Both the position numbers and the translations under genes were made by a program. This document shows positions 1-9,079 of a DNA stretch of 56,090 nucleotides, one piece after another; the stretch's first letter is position 1; each line of letters opens with the position of its first letter. Location: IMG/VR virus record IMGVR_UViG_3300037191_001062, positions 1-56,090 of that record. One strand, 5' to 3'. Source of the stretch: a virus (taxonomy: Duplodnaviria > Caudoviricetes). The notes under the pieces were generated by a model. It was not told where the DNA came from and did not search any database. It saw nothing but the letters and a program-made list of their open reading frames with translations.

Positions 1-45
1 ATAAATTGATAAACCTTTAAAAAAACTTGAATTAGGAAATAAATT

Positions 46-363
46 ATGTATAATTTTGCAAATTGTCACGGTTACTCTGACGTAACTCCTTATGAAGTTG
101 TTCGTGCTGTTTCTGCTAAAACTATGGATATTCGTAGAATGAATTCTGTACGTGATGAAACGTTTAAATTGGAATTTCATGTTGGTGGGTTCTCTGCGAA
201 TTGTTCAAATCAAAACGATCAAAGATGGTTTATAACACCTGATACTGAATCTTCAGTTATCCGCATCAGATATAGCAAAGCAAATGATAGATGGCAAGAT
301 GCTGGCGGCTCTCGTTACTTGTTATCTGAAAAGCCTGTAAAATTTTATGATTATAATTATTAA
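46..363 (+). CDS. conserved phage hypothetical early protein
   Basis: ORF preceded by the repeated early leader (ataaattgat...taggaaataaattATG). Confidence 0.75.
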   Translation: MYNFANCHGYSDVTPYEVVRAVSAKTMDIRRMNSVRDETFKLEFHVGGFSANCSNQNDQRWFITPDTESSVIRIRYSKANDRWQDAGGSRYLLSEKPVKFYDYNY

Positions 364-376
364 ATTAATATAGACA

Positions 377-401
377 ATGAGGGTGGAAATTCCACCCTCA
401 T
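377..401. terminator. GC-rich hairpin (possible terminator or RNA-stabilising stem)
   Basis: atgagggtgga-aat-tccaccctcat, perfect 11-bp stem, no U-tract. Confidence 0.5.
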
Positions 402-535
402 CGATATACACGGATTCTAGAATAAAATTAGAGCCCGTTTAAATATGGAGATTTTAAAAACTCTTTCGAAAATGCAAAATATAACAAACTATTAACAAAC
501 TTAAATTTATAATAACAACCAAAGGAAAAAACTAA

Positions 536-1399
536 ATGCAAAAAACATTACCAATTAAAACTATCGTAGCATCTATCATTGGACTACTAATATTTCTTCT
601 ATTGTGGTCAAGCTGGTACACTGTATCTGAAGGACACGTGGGAATCGTTAAACGCTTCTCTGAAGCAAAAAGTCAACAAAACCCAGGTTTGCGATTTAAA
701 ATACCATTCGCAGATACTGTCGAAGAAATTGAAATCCGTACTCGTAAAAACGAAGAAGCAATGACTTCAAGCACTGCAGAACAAATGCCAGTCACAGTGA
801 AGGTGTCTGTTAACTGGACAGTCGACAAAACTGCTGCGCTTGAATTATTTAAACAATACGGCGGCCTTCAACAATTTGAAAATCGAATATTAGATCCACG
901 ATTCCGTTCTGCTACCAAGGATGTTATTCCTAAGTTTACTGCGGAAAAGTTAATACAAGATCGTAGTTCTGCTATTATGTTGATTGAATCATTATTAATT
1001 GAAGAAATGACTCCGTTCCCAGTCAAAGTTGATAACATTCAAATTGAGAATATTACGTTACCACCAAAGTACTTGCAATCAATTGAAACTAAACAGACTG
1101 CTAAAAACTTAGCTGATGCTGAACAATTCAATCTTGATAAGCAAGCACTAGTTGCTCAACAGGGTGTTAACATAGCAAAAGCAAAAGCTGACGGTATTAA
1201 CTTTGTTGCTGAAGCTGAAGCGAACTCAATTCGATTAAAAGGTGAAGCTGAAGCTTCCGCTATTAAAGCAAAAGCTGCTGCACTGAAAAGTAATCCACTT
1301 ATTGTCGACTTAACTGAAGCACAACAATGGAATGGTCAATTGCCATATACCATCCTTGGTGAAGGCGGAATGCCGATATTGGATATGCGCACAAATTAA
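536..1399 (+). CDS. SPFH/band-7/prohibitin family membrane protein
   Basis: N-terminal TM helix, GLRFKIPF motif, Ala/Glu-rich coiled C-terminus (AEAEA, GEAEA), WNGQLP; AAGGA RBS. Confidence 0.9.
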   Translation: MQKTLPIKTIVASIIGLLIFLLLWSSWYTVSEGHVGIVKRFSEAKSQQNPGLRFKIPFADTVEEIEIRTRKNEEAMTSSTAEQMPVTVKVSVNWTVDKTAALELFKQYGGLQQFENRILDPRFRSATKDVIPKFTAEKLIQDRSSAIMLIESLLIEEMTPFPVKVDNIQIENITLPPKYLQSIETKQTAKNLADAEQFNLDKQALVAQQGVNIAKAKADGINFVAEAEANSIRLKGEAEASAIKAKAAALKSNPLIVDLTEAQQWNGQLPYTILGEGGMPILDMRTN

Positions 1400-1416
1400 A
1401 ATAAAATAAACTAATT

Positions 1417-1449
1417 AAAAGGTTCTCCTTAATTGCGAGAACCTTTTTT
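1417..1449 (+). terminator. Rho-independent terminator
   Basis: aaaaggttctc-N9-gagaacctttt followed by T-run. Confidence 0.85.
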
Positions 1450-1470
1450 GTTTGTAATCTAAAATAAGCT

Positions 1471-1499
1471 TTGACATTTATTTTAATTTGTATTATTAT
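1471..1499 (+). promoter_or_regulatory. sigma70-type early promoter
   Basis: TTGACA-17-TATTAT, then cataaattaataaagga leader. Confidence 0.7.
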
Positions 1500-1530
1500 A
1501 ATTCCATAAATTAATAAAGGAAACTACACT

Positions 1531-2019
1531 ATGTATAATGAAATGCTACCATTAATCAAAGACTATTTGGACTCTTGTACTAACATAATGGGAGACGGAA
1601 GTAAAAAAGCAACTACTCACCAGTCACTTGTGAAAATACATGTTAAACATCACGGTGGTGATGAAGATGATATACACAGAAAAACAAGAGTTCTTACTGA
1701 TAACTTAGATAATACTGTAGGTCTTGATTTGAATGATATTCCTTCTTATGGCGTTCATTGTCCTGTATTTTATCATAAGTGGTGTTTGATAACCGGAGTT
1801 ATCAAAGAATTTGAAACTCATACTGAAAGGATGTTTAAGCAAGTTATGACAAAAAATATTAGATATGCGAACGGTATCTTAAATAGTTATGCTTATAAAA
1901 TTAAAGATCATAGTGTTATTAATGAAACCCCTCTCTGGGCTATCTACGAGAACAGATCGAATCACATAATTAAAGTTACACAAAACAAATACTTTGGTTG
2001 TACTGTTGAAGAAATTTAA
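1531..2019 (+). CDS. hypothetical protein
   Basis: ORF with own promoter and AAGGA RBS. Confidence 0.75.
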   Translation: MYNEMLPLIKDYLDSCTNIMGDGSKKATTHQSLVKIHVKHHGGDEDDIHRKTRVLTDNLDNTVGLDLNDIPSYGVHCPVFYHKWCLITGVIKEFETHTERMFKQVMTKNIRYANGILNSYAYKIKDHSVINETPLWAIYENRSNHIIKVTQNKYFGCTVEEI

Positions 2020-2026
2020 TTAAACG

Positions 2027-2055
2027 TTGACATTTTACTTTGATTTTAGTATAAT
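2027..2055 (+). promoter_or_regulatory. sigma70-type early promoter with cassette leader
   Basis: TTGACA-17-TATAAT followed by agttacataaattgataaagg. Confidence 0.9.
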
Positions 2056-2085
2056 AGTTACATAAATTGATAAAGGTAATATATT

Positions 2086-2268
2086 ATGATGACATTCAAG
2101 GCTGTTTATAAATCTATCTCGACACATACTAGTAAAACCGCAGGGCGTCGCACTGATTTAGTAGTAGGCGGTAAATCCGAGGAGAGAGCTTTAGCAAAAT
2201 GTCCGGACACAATCGAGATATGTAGTACTACTTACAAATTTTATAAATTGATTCTGATCTATGGCTAA
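2086..2268 (+). CDS. hypothetical protein
   Basis: first ORF after promoter cassette. Confidence 0.65.
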   Translation: MMTFKAVYKSISTHTSKTAGRRTDLVVGGKSEERALAKCPDTIEICSTTYKFYKLILIYG

Positions 2269-2554
2269 CATCAAAAACAACACCAAACAGAGAACTATAA
2301 TTATGACTCAAAATAAACATAAAAATTATCTAGAAGAAGCAAAAGTAGAAGTTGTTCAAATTTCAAACTCACAACGAAAAAAACAAGCTGCTGCATTATA
2401 TAATATGAGTAGAGCTGAATCTTTAGCTTATATTGAAGATAGAAAATTATTCCCACCGAAACGAAAAGTATTAACAGCCGCTGAAAAAATAAAAAGAAAG
2501 AAAGCTCAACATATTTTAATACTCGGCGGTGCAATTGGTGTGATTTGTTCTTGA
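2261..2554 (+). CDS. hypothetical basic protein
   Basis: overlapping ORF; true start may be the internal MTQNK. Confidence 0.6.
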   Translation: MANIKNNTKQRTIIMTQNKHKNYLEEAKVEVVQISNSQRKKQAAALYNMSRAESLAYIEDRKLFPPKRKVLTAAEKIKRKKAQHILILGGAIGVICS

Positions 2555-2624
2555 GTCATTTGTTTAATATATTAACAGCGTGGATTACTAAAAATGGATA
2601 ATTTAAAACTTTGGTCAGACGAAC

Positions 2625-2933
2625 ATGATTTCGAATTGCGAGACATCGCCCGAGATGTCTCGCAATTCTATATATAACTTGTATGAAGATATAAGAGTAT
2701 TGAAAAAGTATATAGCATCACTAACAAAGACACAATGGCTGAGTGTTAAAGATAATACACCACCGTTTCACACTCCAATACTCTTTTATGCCGGTAAACA
2801 TATTGGTACATTAAGAGGAGAGTTTTGCCGCAACTCTCACACATTTCGAGACACAAATGGAAACAAATTTTATAAGTCTGATATTTCATATTGGACGAAT
2901 TTACCAGCAGATCCAACACAGGAAAAACAATAA
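2625..2933 (+). CDS. hypothetical protein with DUF551-like C-terminus
   Basis: WLSVKDNTP...ISYWTNLPADP pattern. Confidence 0.65.
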   Translation: MISNCETSPEMSRNSIYNLYEDIRVLKKYIASLTKTQWLSVKDNTPPFHTPILFYAGKHIGTLRGEFCRNSHTFRDTNGNKFYKSDISYWTNLPADPTQEKQ

Positions 2934-3118
2934 TAATGAGAACAAAGAGAACAAACAAAATCGTTTTTGTAAAAATAATTTTCTTCATCATATGGATTTG
3001 GGGTATTGTGTTGGCTAAGGGCTTTTGGTCAACCCTCATTGCTTTTTCCATACCGTTTTGGGCTTTCTACTTAGTTGTAGAGTCACTTCTTATTAGATAC
3101 GAATTTGTATCAATATAA
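2891..3118 (+). CDS. small membrane protein
   Basis: two hydrophobic stretches; start probably the internal MRTKR. Confidence 0.6.
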   Translation: MDEFTSRSNTGKTIIMRTKRTNKIVFVKIIFFIIWIWGIVLAKGFWSTLIAFSIPFWAFYLVVESLLIRYEFVSI

Positions 3119-3121
3119 CTG

Positions 3122-3150
3122 TTGACATTTCGCTTTGATTATAGTATAAT
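3122..3150 (+). promoter_or_regulatory. sigma70-type early promoter with cassette leader
   Basis: TTGACA-17-TATAAT; leader nearly identical to positions 1-48. Confidence 0.9.
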
Positions 3151-3200
3151 AGTTACATAAATTGATAAACCTTTAAAAAACTTAAATTAGGAATTAAATT

Positions 3201-3542
3201 ATGAACAACAATACTTATTGGGCCAATAACGGAAAATATGACAAAGCTCAAAAAGAGCTTTGCGAATTGATACCAATTACTGGTTGTGTTGATAACCCAC
3301 GTAGTAAAAACAAAAAGCTTGAGAAATTTCGCAAAGCATCAAATTGTTACTATGACCTGTATAACAATGGTCTTTGTAATAGAGCAGCACAATTTGCCAA
3401 AATATTCGGAATTCCTTCTCGCAATTATGGCAACTACAGTAGCGGTTATATATCATGTTTATATGATGAAGTTGAATTAGAAATGAACTCTATTATCGAA
3501 GCTGCTGCTTTAGAACAAGGTTTTGAATCTTTGTTAAAATAA
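3201..3542 (+). CDS. conserved phage hypothetical protein
   Basis: YW..NGKY...YYDLYNNGLCN motif; AGGA RBS. Confidence 0.8.
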   Translation: MNNNTYWANNGKYDKAQKELCELIPITGCVDNPRSKNKKLEKFRKASNCYYDLYNNGLCNRAAQFAKIFGIPSRNYGNYSSGYISCLYDEVELEMNSIIEAAALEQGFESLLK

Positions 3543-3545
3543 TAG

Positions 3546-3574
3546 TTGACATTTTCTTTTAGTGGTGTTATAAT
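3546..3574 (+). promoter_or_regulatory. sigma70-type early promoter
   Basis: TTGACA-17-TATAAT. Confidence 0.85.
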
Positions 3575-3608
3575 AGTCTCATAAGTTAAATCAAGGAGTA
3601 ATAGTTAG

Positions 3609-3773
3609 ATGGAAGTTCTTGTATTATTTTTTATAATTATAGTAATAATGGTCTTATTGGTTAAATTATTTTTAAACATTATCTTATTTATATTTAAATT
3701 TGCTTGGTACTTTTTAGTTGGTTTTATACTGTTATTGATATTTGCTTCAGTAGCAGCACATAGTGTCATTTAA
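3609..3773 (+). CDS. 54-aa very hydrophobic membrane protein (not in ORF track)
   Basis: AAGGAG RBS; MEVLVLFFIIIVIMVLLVKLFLNIILFIFKFAWYFLVGFILLLIFASVAAHSVI. Confidence 0.7.
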   Translation: MEVLVLFFIIIVIMVLLVKLFLNIILFIFKFAWYFLVGFILLLIFASVAAHSVI

Positions 3774-3798
3774 ATTGCATAAATAAACGGAATATATC

Positions 3799-4077
3799 AT
3801 GTATAAAGTATGGGTAATAAAAAACAACGGTAACAATAACGAAGAACATTTTAATAGCGCACAAGAATCAATTAATTACGCAAAAGAATGCTCTCTTAGA
3901 GCTCTATGTGCTTTTAGGACTCAAGGAAATGGCATCGTTACATATCAATATGGTGAGCAAGTAACTGACCAGCAAATAATAAAAGATTTATACGAAACAA
4001 CCGAAGCAATTGAAAATTCTAAAAACGAATTTTACGCTAAAGATGGCCGCGGTAAAGCTTGTCGTCGTAAAGTTTAA
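3799..4077 (+). CDS. hypothetical protein
   Basis: ORF in operon context. Confidence 0.7.
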   Translation: MYKVWVIKNNGNNNEEHFNSAQESINYAKECSLRALCAFRTQGNGIVTYQYGEQVTDQQIIKDLYETTEAIENSKNEFYAKDGRGKACRRKV

Positions 4078-4094
4078 TTGATACAAGGAACTAC

Positions 4095-4706
4095 ATGAAA
4101 AAAAATAAATTTGATAATAACTTCTTAGATTTACTGCAGCCAAGCAAATCTAAGGATTTCTTTACTTCCAGATCAACTGATGTTGTTCATGATTTTTACT
4201 TATCAGGACCAGTAGAAACTCCAGAATATTACGTCGAATGGTTTAATATAATTAGAAACTGCAGTGAAGCTGATACAGTACATATACATATTAACTCGTG
4301 TGGTGGTGATCTACTTGCTGCTATACAGATGATGCGAGTTTTGCGCGAGTGTCGGGCTACTGTAATTGCTTCAGTTGAAGGCGCTTGTATGTCAGCGGCA
4401 ACAATGATATTCTTGAGTGCTGATGTATTCGAATTATCTAGTCATACAATGTTTATGTTCCACAACTATGCTGGAAAAACCTCTGGTAAAGGTGGAGAAA
4501 TGTATAGTCAAATAATTCATGAACGCTGTTGGTCAGCTAAATTATTAAGAGATGTTTACTGCGGTTTTTTAACAAAAAGAGAAATCAAAGATATGCTTAA
4601 TAATAAAGATTTGTGGATGGATGGTAAAGAAGTTTTACTGCGCCTAGAGAAACGTTCGTGCAAATTAGAAAAACGCGAAGCTAAGAAAAAAGCCAAAGTT
4701 GATTAA
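4095..4706 (+). CDS. ClpP-like serine protease
   Basis: INSCGGD, ACMSAATMIF (Ser), FMFHN (His), KDLWM (Asp). Confidence 0.85.
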   Translation: MKKNKFDNNFLDLLQPSKSKDFFTSRSTDVVHDFYLSGPVETPEYYVEWFNIIRNCSEADTVHIHINSCGGDLLAAIQMMRVLRECRATVIASVEGACMSAATMIFLSADVFELSSHTMFMFHNYAGKTSGKGGEMYSQIIHERCWSAKLLRDVYCGFLTKREIKDMLNNKDLWMDGKEVLLRLEKRSCKLEKREAKKKAKVD

Positions 4707-4731
4707 ACAACAACAATAAAGAGAAATTATA

Positions 4732-4986
4732 ATGAAACCATTAAAGAATTTTGTACTAGTAACCGAAATAAAAACAAACGATAAGTTGACAGAAAGTGGC
4801 ATAATCTTAACACAGCGAGTTACAACAGGTGCATTACCAGGGTTAGTCTTGGAAGTTGGCTCATTGGTTGAGGATATTGAACAGGGTAATAAAGTTGCTC
4901 TTGATTGGGCTAAGGGATTACCTGTTACAGTAGAGGGTGTTAAGTGCATCTTAGTTAGCGATGAATTTATCCGAGCAATCTACTAA
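4732..4986 (+). CDS. groES: GroES-like co-chaperonin
   Basis: MKPLKNFVLV, TESGIIL mobile loop, VLEVG. Confidence 0.85.
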   Translation: MKPLKNFVLVTEIKTNDKLTESGIILTQRVTTGALPGLVLEVGSLVEDIEQGNKVALDWAKGLPVTVEGVKCILVSDEFIRAIY

Positions 4987-4998
4987 GGAGGATGACAT

Positions 4999-5178
4999 TT
5001 GCCTACATATACATATGAATGTATTAAATGTAAAAAAGTTATTGACACAGTTCAGCGTATGTCAGATGACGCATTGACTAACTGTGAAGAATGCGCTGGA
5101 GATTTGAAAAAGATTATCACCTCTACTGGCGGATTTCAATTGAAAGGTAAGGGTTGGTTTAAGAGTGGCGGTTACTAA
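4999..5178 (+). CDS. FmdB-family zinc-ribbon protein (TTG start, not in ORF track)
   Basis: AAGGAGG RBS; MPTYTYECIKC...CEEC...FQLKGKGWF. Confidence 0.85.
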   Translation: MPTYTYECIKCKKVIDTVQRMSDDALTNCEECAGDLKKIITSTGGFQLKGKGWFKSGGY

Positions 5179-5187
5179 AAATAAATG

Positions 5188-5216
5188 TTGACATTTTCTT
5201 TTTGTTGTGTTATAAT
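5188..5216 (+). promoter_or_regulatory. sigma70-type early promoter
   Basis: TTGACA-17-TATAAT. Confidence 0.85.
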
Positions 5217-5247
5217 AACATATTAATAATAAAAGTGAAAAGTTTAG

Positions 5248-5499
5248 ATGATTGCAGAAAGAAAAACAAAATTCATTAACGTTACTAGATTTTCAATTTT
5301 TATTGTTGCAATTGTAATAATATCAGTAGCGTCTTATGTTCGAACTACTGATACTGCAGCTGGATTATTACAAGTTATCTTATCAATTCCATCGTGTTTT
5401 TACGTTATATTTTTTATATTAGGTGTTAAAGATGAATACAACAAAACAAAAGAAACCAAACTCAAGAAACTTAGTCGCAAAGCATGCGAGGACGTTTAA
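5248..5499 (+). CDS. two-TM membrane protein
   Basis: two hydrophobic helices and basic tail. Confidence 0.7.
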   Translation: MIAERKTKFINVTRFSIFIVAIVIISVASYVRTTDTAAGLLQVILSIPSCFYVIFFILGVKDEYNKTKETKLKKLSRKACEDV

Positions 5500-5594
5500 C
5501 AAATCTATAGTTATGATTGATCGGAAACGTGAAGCAAAGAAAAATGGCGATTATTATCAATGAAATACAACTGTAAATAGGAATAGAAATAACA

Positions 5595-6170
5595 ATGACA
5601 CTAAACTTAAGAGAACTGACCAAAGAGAATCATAATAATATAGAAGGCTCAGATTTTGCTGAAATATTATTAGGCGGAAGAATAAATCCACTACTATATT
5701 ACCAGTATCTCTCGGCCCAGTATGAGATTTATGAAGCACTTGAGTCGTTAGTGACAATTCCGTCAAAACTTAAAACTGTTTTTCGAGCTTCTCATATAAT
5801 GCAAGATATGCATGGACTTGAAGATGAGTATGGACTTGAAGAAATAACCGAAAACCTCGAATCAGTTAGTTCATATATTAGTCATATAACCGAGCTTAGC
5901 GCAAAAGGAGAACATGATAAGCTATTAGCTCATCTGTACGTTCGGCATTTTGGTGATTTACATGGTGGTCAAATAATCAAAAAGAGAGTCCCTGGTTCTG
6001 GTACAATGTATGAGTTTACTGGTCGCAAACAGTTGATCACAGATCTTCGTAGTATGTTAAATAATGATATGGCCCCAGAAGCTATTGTCTGTTTTAAGTT
6101 TGCAGAGCTATTATTTTTAGAATTAGTTGATAATTTTGAAGGTGAAGATTTTGAAGTTGATGATCTATAA
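5595..6170 (+). CDS. hemO: heme oxygenase (HemO/Ho1-like)
   Basis: LRELTKENH proximal His; AHLYVRHFGDLHGGQII distal helix signature. Confidence 0.92.
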   Translation: MTLNLRELTKENHNNIEGSDFAEILLGGRINPLLYYQYLSAQYEIYEALESLVTIPSKLKTVFRASHIMQDMHGLEDEYGLEEITENLESVSSYISHITELSAKGEHDKLLAHLYVRHFGDLHGGQIIKKRVPGSGTMYEFTGRKQLITDLRSMLNNDMAPEAIVCFKFAELLFLELVDNFEGEDFEVDDL

Positions 6171-6847
6171 TGGATATCAATCCACTCTGGGATAAACTTG
6201 ATACATTTGCATCAAGTCTTAGCGAAACGTTTAATAATCATTTAAAACCGTTTATAAACGAAAAACATGATCAGCAATTCGATGGGTGGACTGATTCTTT
6301 CTGGTGTAGTGATAACATTAGAAAGTGTCATTTGAAAACGATTAACGATGGTAGAATGTGGTTGCTACATATCAATATATTTCCAAGAGAAAATGTTAAC
6401 TTACCTATTCTTGGTTTTGATATAGTTGCATCTAAAACTAAAATAAGTGGTTCGTTTTTTGACTTTTCTCCTGTTATAAAAGATCAAGTTCATCCATTAT
6501 GCGAACTGTTTAAAGCGTCTGTTAAGGATATTAAATGGAATAAACCAAGAGATTTACCTGAATGGGCTACTGAAATATTCTCAGACAACATGGTTGCTGC
6601 TGGTTCTATCACTTATGGTGATGAGTTAGAACAGTTGATTTGTTTATCTACTAACCTTATTAAGGCTTATTTGGCTTCTTGCAATGATATTAAAATGATT
6701 ACTACCTTACCAACTAAAACTCAACTTAACAAATATTGTGAAAATCAGAAGATGAATAAGCACCTGCATAGATCTATACTTGCTATGGGCATATCAGAAC
6801 AAGCTAAAGATAGATATATTAATAACGTTTTATTTGAAGAAATTTAA
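6170..6847 (+). CDS. ferredoxin-dependent bilin reductase, PcyX/PcyA-like
   Basis: W.SDNIRKCH, LLHINIFP, PILGFDIVA, GSFFDFSP, RDLPEWA.IFS, YCENQKMN motifs; stop/start coupled to heme oxygenase. Confidence 0.88.
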   Translation: MDINPLWDKLDTFASSLSETFNNHLKPFINEKHDQQFDGWTDSFWCSDNIRKCHLKTINDGRMWLLHINIFPRENVNLPILGFDIVASKTKISGSFFDFSPVIKDQVHPLCELFKASVKDIKWNKPRDLPEWATEIFSDNMVAAGSITYGDELEQLICLSTNLIKAYLASCNDIKMITTLPTKTQLNKYCENQKMNKHLHRSILAMGISEQAKDRYINNVLFEEI

Positions 6848-6855
6848 ATAAAACG

Positions 6856-6884
6856 TTGACATTTATTTATAACTGTGTTATAAT
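6856..6884 (+). promoter_or_regulatory. sigma70-type early promoter
   Basis: TTGACA-17-TATAAT. Confidence 0.85.
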
Positions 6885-6931
6885 AGCACATCAAATAGGA
6901 AAAAGCTTATTTGAACAACTAAGGAGATATT

Positions 6932-7168
6932 ATGACTGTAATCGCATTAACACCAGAAAAAATACATCATGAAATATCCCATATGATAGCAAGTGGAATT
7001 CCTTACATCGAAGCTCTTGTTGAATATTCGGAAAAGAACAACATCGAAATTGAAGTTGTTGCTAGTGTAGTTAAAAAATCTGCTGTGTTGCGCGAAAAAG
7101 TTAAAAGTGAAGCTATAAATCTTAGGATGGTATATGACGATGATATCGACATCACAGAATTTAATTAA
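6932..7168 (+). CDS. 33: late-transcription coactivator gp33
   Basis: YIEALVEYSEKNNIEIE...LREKVKSEAINL; T4 synteny 33-59-32. Confidence 0.85.
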   Translation: MTVIALTPEKIHHEISHMIASGIPYIEALVEYSEKNNIEIEVVASVVKKSAVLREKVKSEAINLRMVYDDDIDITEFN

Positions 7169-7742
7169 CCAAACTGCTTTCAATAGTTATGTGAAATATC
7201 TTGCGTATAAAAGACATTTCACTACAAAAAGCTACGACTTTCACAAATATAATGGCAAAGTCAAAGCAAACTTTGAAACTTTTAGAACTCGCAATGACGC
7301 ATACTTTTTTGCAAAACTTGCAAATAAACCTGATTATGAGAATATGATACTAGCTAACATGGTTGTTAATCCAGACGCTTGGATAAGAGATCTTATGGAT
7401 GATTCTGGTTATAATATATATGTTGAATGGAAAAAGAAGATAGATTCGTTAGGTCATGTTTTCAAATCAGATTTGAGTAATTTGAAAGATGACTATCAAT
7501 CTAACTTTATATCACACAATGGTCAACATCCACATATTGGTAAATTATTGCTTCAAAAGAAGATAACACTTGAAACATTTACGATGTTAGCTCATATGTC
7601 TAATATATATTCATATTGGAGTGAAAAAGTAGTTGACAAAATTATATTTTATGATATAATAATAAAATCCAAGAAGTATAAACCCTTCTTGCGATACGAT
7701 GAACAACGATTCAAACAAATCGTCAAAGATAAATTTTTTTAA
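7134..7742 (+). CDS. 59: helicase loader gp59
   Basis: YLAYKRHFTTKSYDFHKYNGK, KITLETF, KKYKPFL. Confidence 0.9.
   Translation: MTMISTSQNLINQTAFNSYVKYLAYKRHFTTKSYDFHKYNGKVKANFETFRTRNDAYFFAKLANKPDYENMILANMVVNPDAWIRDLMDDSGYNIYVEWKKKIDSLGHVFKSDLSNLKDDYQSNFISHNGQHPHIGKLLLQKKITLETFTMLAHMSNIYSYWSEKVVDKIIFYDIIIKSKKYKPFLRYDEQRFKQIVKDKFF
7633..7660 (+). promoter_or_regulatory. intragenic sigma70-type promoter for gene 32
   Basis: TTGACA-16-TATAAT with extended TG. Confidence 0.65.
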
Positions 7743-7770
7743 AAAAATTTGTAATTTACAACTAGCTTGT

Positions 7771-7778
7771 TATAAATA
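7771..7778 (+). promoter_or_regulatory. T4-type late promoter upstream of gene 32
   Basis: TATAAATA. Confidence 0.75.
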
Positions 7779-7864
7779 TATCGTTGGTAACAACGCATAC
7801 TAAGCTATATTAAAAATTGCTATACTAAACTATAAAACGCCATATATTCAGGAGAATATTAAAT

Positions 7865-8785
7865 ATGTCATTTGCATCACTAAAAAAGAACCGTACAAAA
7901 TCCCTCGACAAGCTTAACTCTCAGCTTGAAAAAATCACTAAAAAGTCATATGCTGATCCAGATGCTGATAAGTATTGGAAACCAACTCGCGATAAAGTTG
8001 GTAACGGTTTTTCAATTATCCGTTTCTTACCTGCTGTTGAAGGTGAAGAACTACCATTTGTTCGCACGTTTGACCATGGATTCCAAGGACCAACTGGTTT
8101 ATGGTACATCGAAAGTTCTCTTACAACTTTAAACGTCGACGACCCAGTATCAGAATATAACTCTAAGCTGTGGAATTCTGGTATTGATTCTGACAAAGAA
8201 CTTGCTCGTAAACAGAAACGACGTCTTAAGTATATTTCAAACGTATTAGTTGTTAAAGATCCAGCTAACCCAGAAAATGAGGGCAAAGTATTTCTTTATC
8301 AGTATGGTAAAAAAATCTTTGATAAACTGAATGATTTGATGAACCCATCTTTTGAAGATGAATCACCAGTAAATCCTTTTGATTTTTGGGAAGGTGCTAA
8401 CTTCCGACTAAAAATTCGTTTAGTTGAAGGTTACCCTAATTATGATAAGTCTGAGTTTGACGATCCTACTTCTGTTTTCGACGATGATGATGAAATGGAA
8501 AAATTGTGGAAAACTCAACATTCACTTCAGTCATTGTTAGACCCTAATAAGTTTAAATCTTATGCTGAGTTAAAGACTAAATTGTTCCGTGTACTTGCAC
8601 TTGACGAAGCCGATAATAAAGACTTCGGTAAAACTGCAGAACAAGAACCTGTTGGCGGAAGCGATGAATTAGATTTAAGCGGTATTGCCGATTCAGCTCC
8701 AATTGAAGAATCTAAATCAGCTGGTGAAATGAACTCTGACGACGACGACGACTTGGCAATCTTCAAGGATCTAGCTCGCGGTTAA
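7865..8785 (+). CDS. 32: single-stranded DNA-binding protein gp32
   Basis: IRFLP, HGFQGP.G.WYIE, NPFDFWEGANF, NYDKSEF, acidic tail. Confidence 0.97.
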   Translation: MSFASLKKNRTKSLDKLNSQLEKITKKSYADPDADKYWKPTRDKVGNGFSIIRFLPAVEGEELPFVRTFDHGFQGPTGLWYIESSLTTLNVDDPVSEYNSKLWNSGIDSDKELARKQKRRLKYISNVLVVKDPANPENEGKVFLYQYGKKIFDKLNDLMNPSFEDESPVNPFDFWEGANFRLKIRLVEGYPNYDKSEFDDPTSVFDDDDEMEKLWKTQHSLQSLLDPNKFKSYAELKTKLFRVLALDEADNKDFGKTAEQEPVGGSDELDLSGIADSAPIEESKSAGEMNSDDDDDLAIFKDLARG

Positions 8786-8800
8786 TAATAGGAAACAGTA

Positions 8801-9079
8801 ATGAAAAACGTTGAAGAAATATTAGATTTTGGTTTTTATGCTGTTTCCGAAGATGAATTGGAAGTTGTTCAGATTGCAAATAAGCAATCTGAACAACTCA
8901 CTGCTCAACTAGAAACTGTCGACAATAAAGCAGAATTGCTCTATGCAGCAATAATGCCACTAATCAAAAATCTCAAAGCGAATCCAGAAAAAGATTATAT
9001 ATTCTGGCCTAATCGCACTGAAAAACTTGATGCCTTTGTAGAAAGGTTACAAAAAATACACAATGGAGATAATTTGTAA
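8801..9079 (+). CDS. conserved T4-like hypothetical protein
   Basis: DFGF.AV.E.EL, NPEKDYIFWPNR. Confidence 0.8.
   Translation: MKNVEEILDFGFYAVSEDELEVVQIANKQSEQLTAQLETVDNKAELLYAAIMPLIKNLKANPEKDYIFWPNRTEKLDAFVERLQKIHNGDNL

Noticed and set aside
5595-6847. Assigning the phage as a cyanophage because of bilin genes
   Set aside because: No photosynthesis genes in the window; ThyA/DHFR rather than ThyX and an FDBR closer to the PcyX pattern argue against it. The host remains undetermined.
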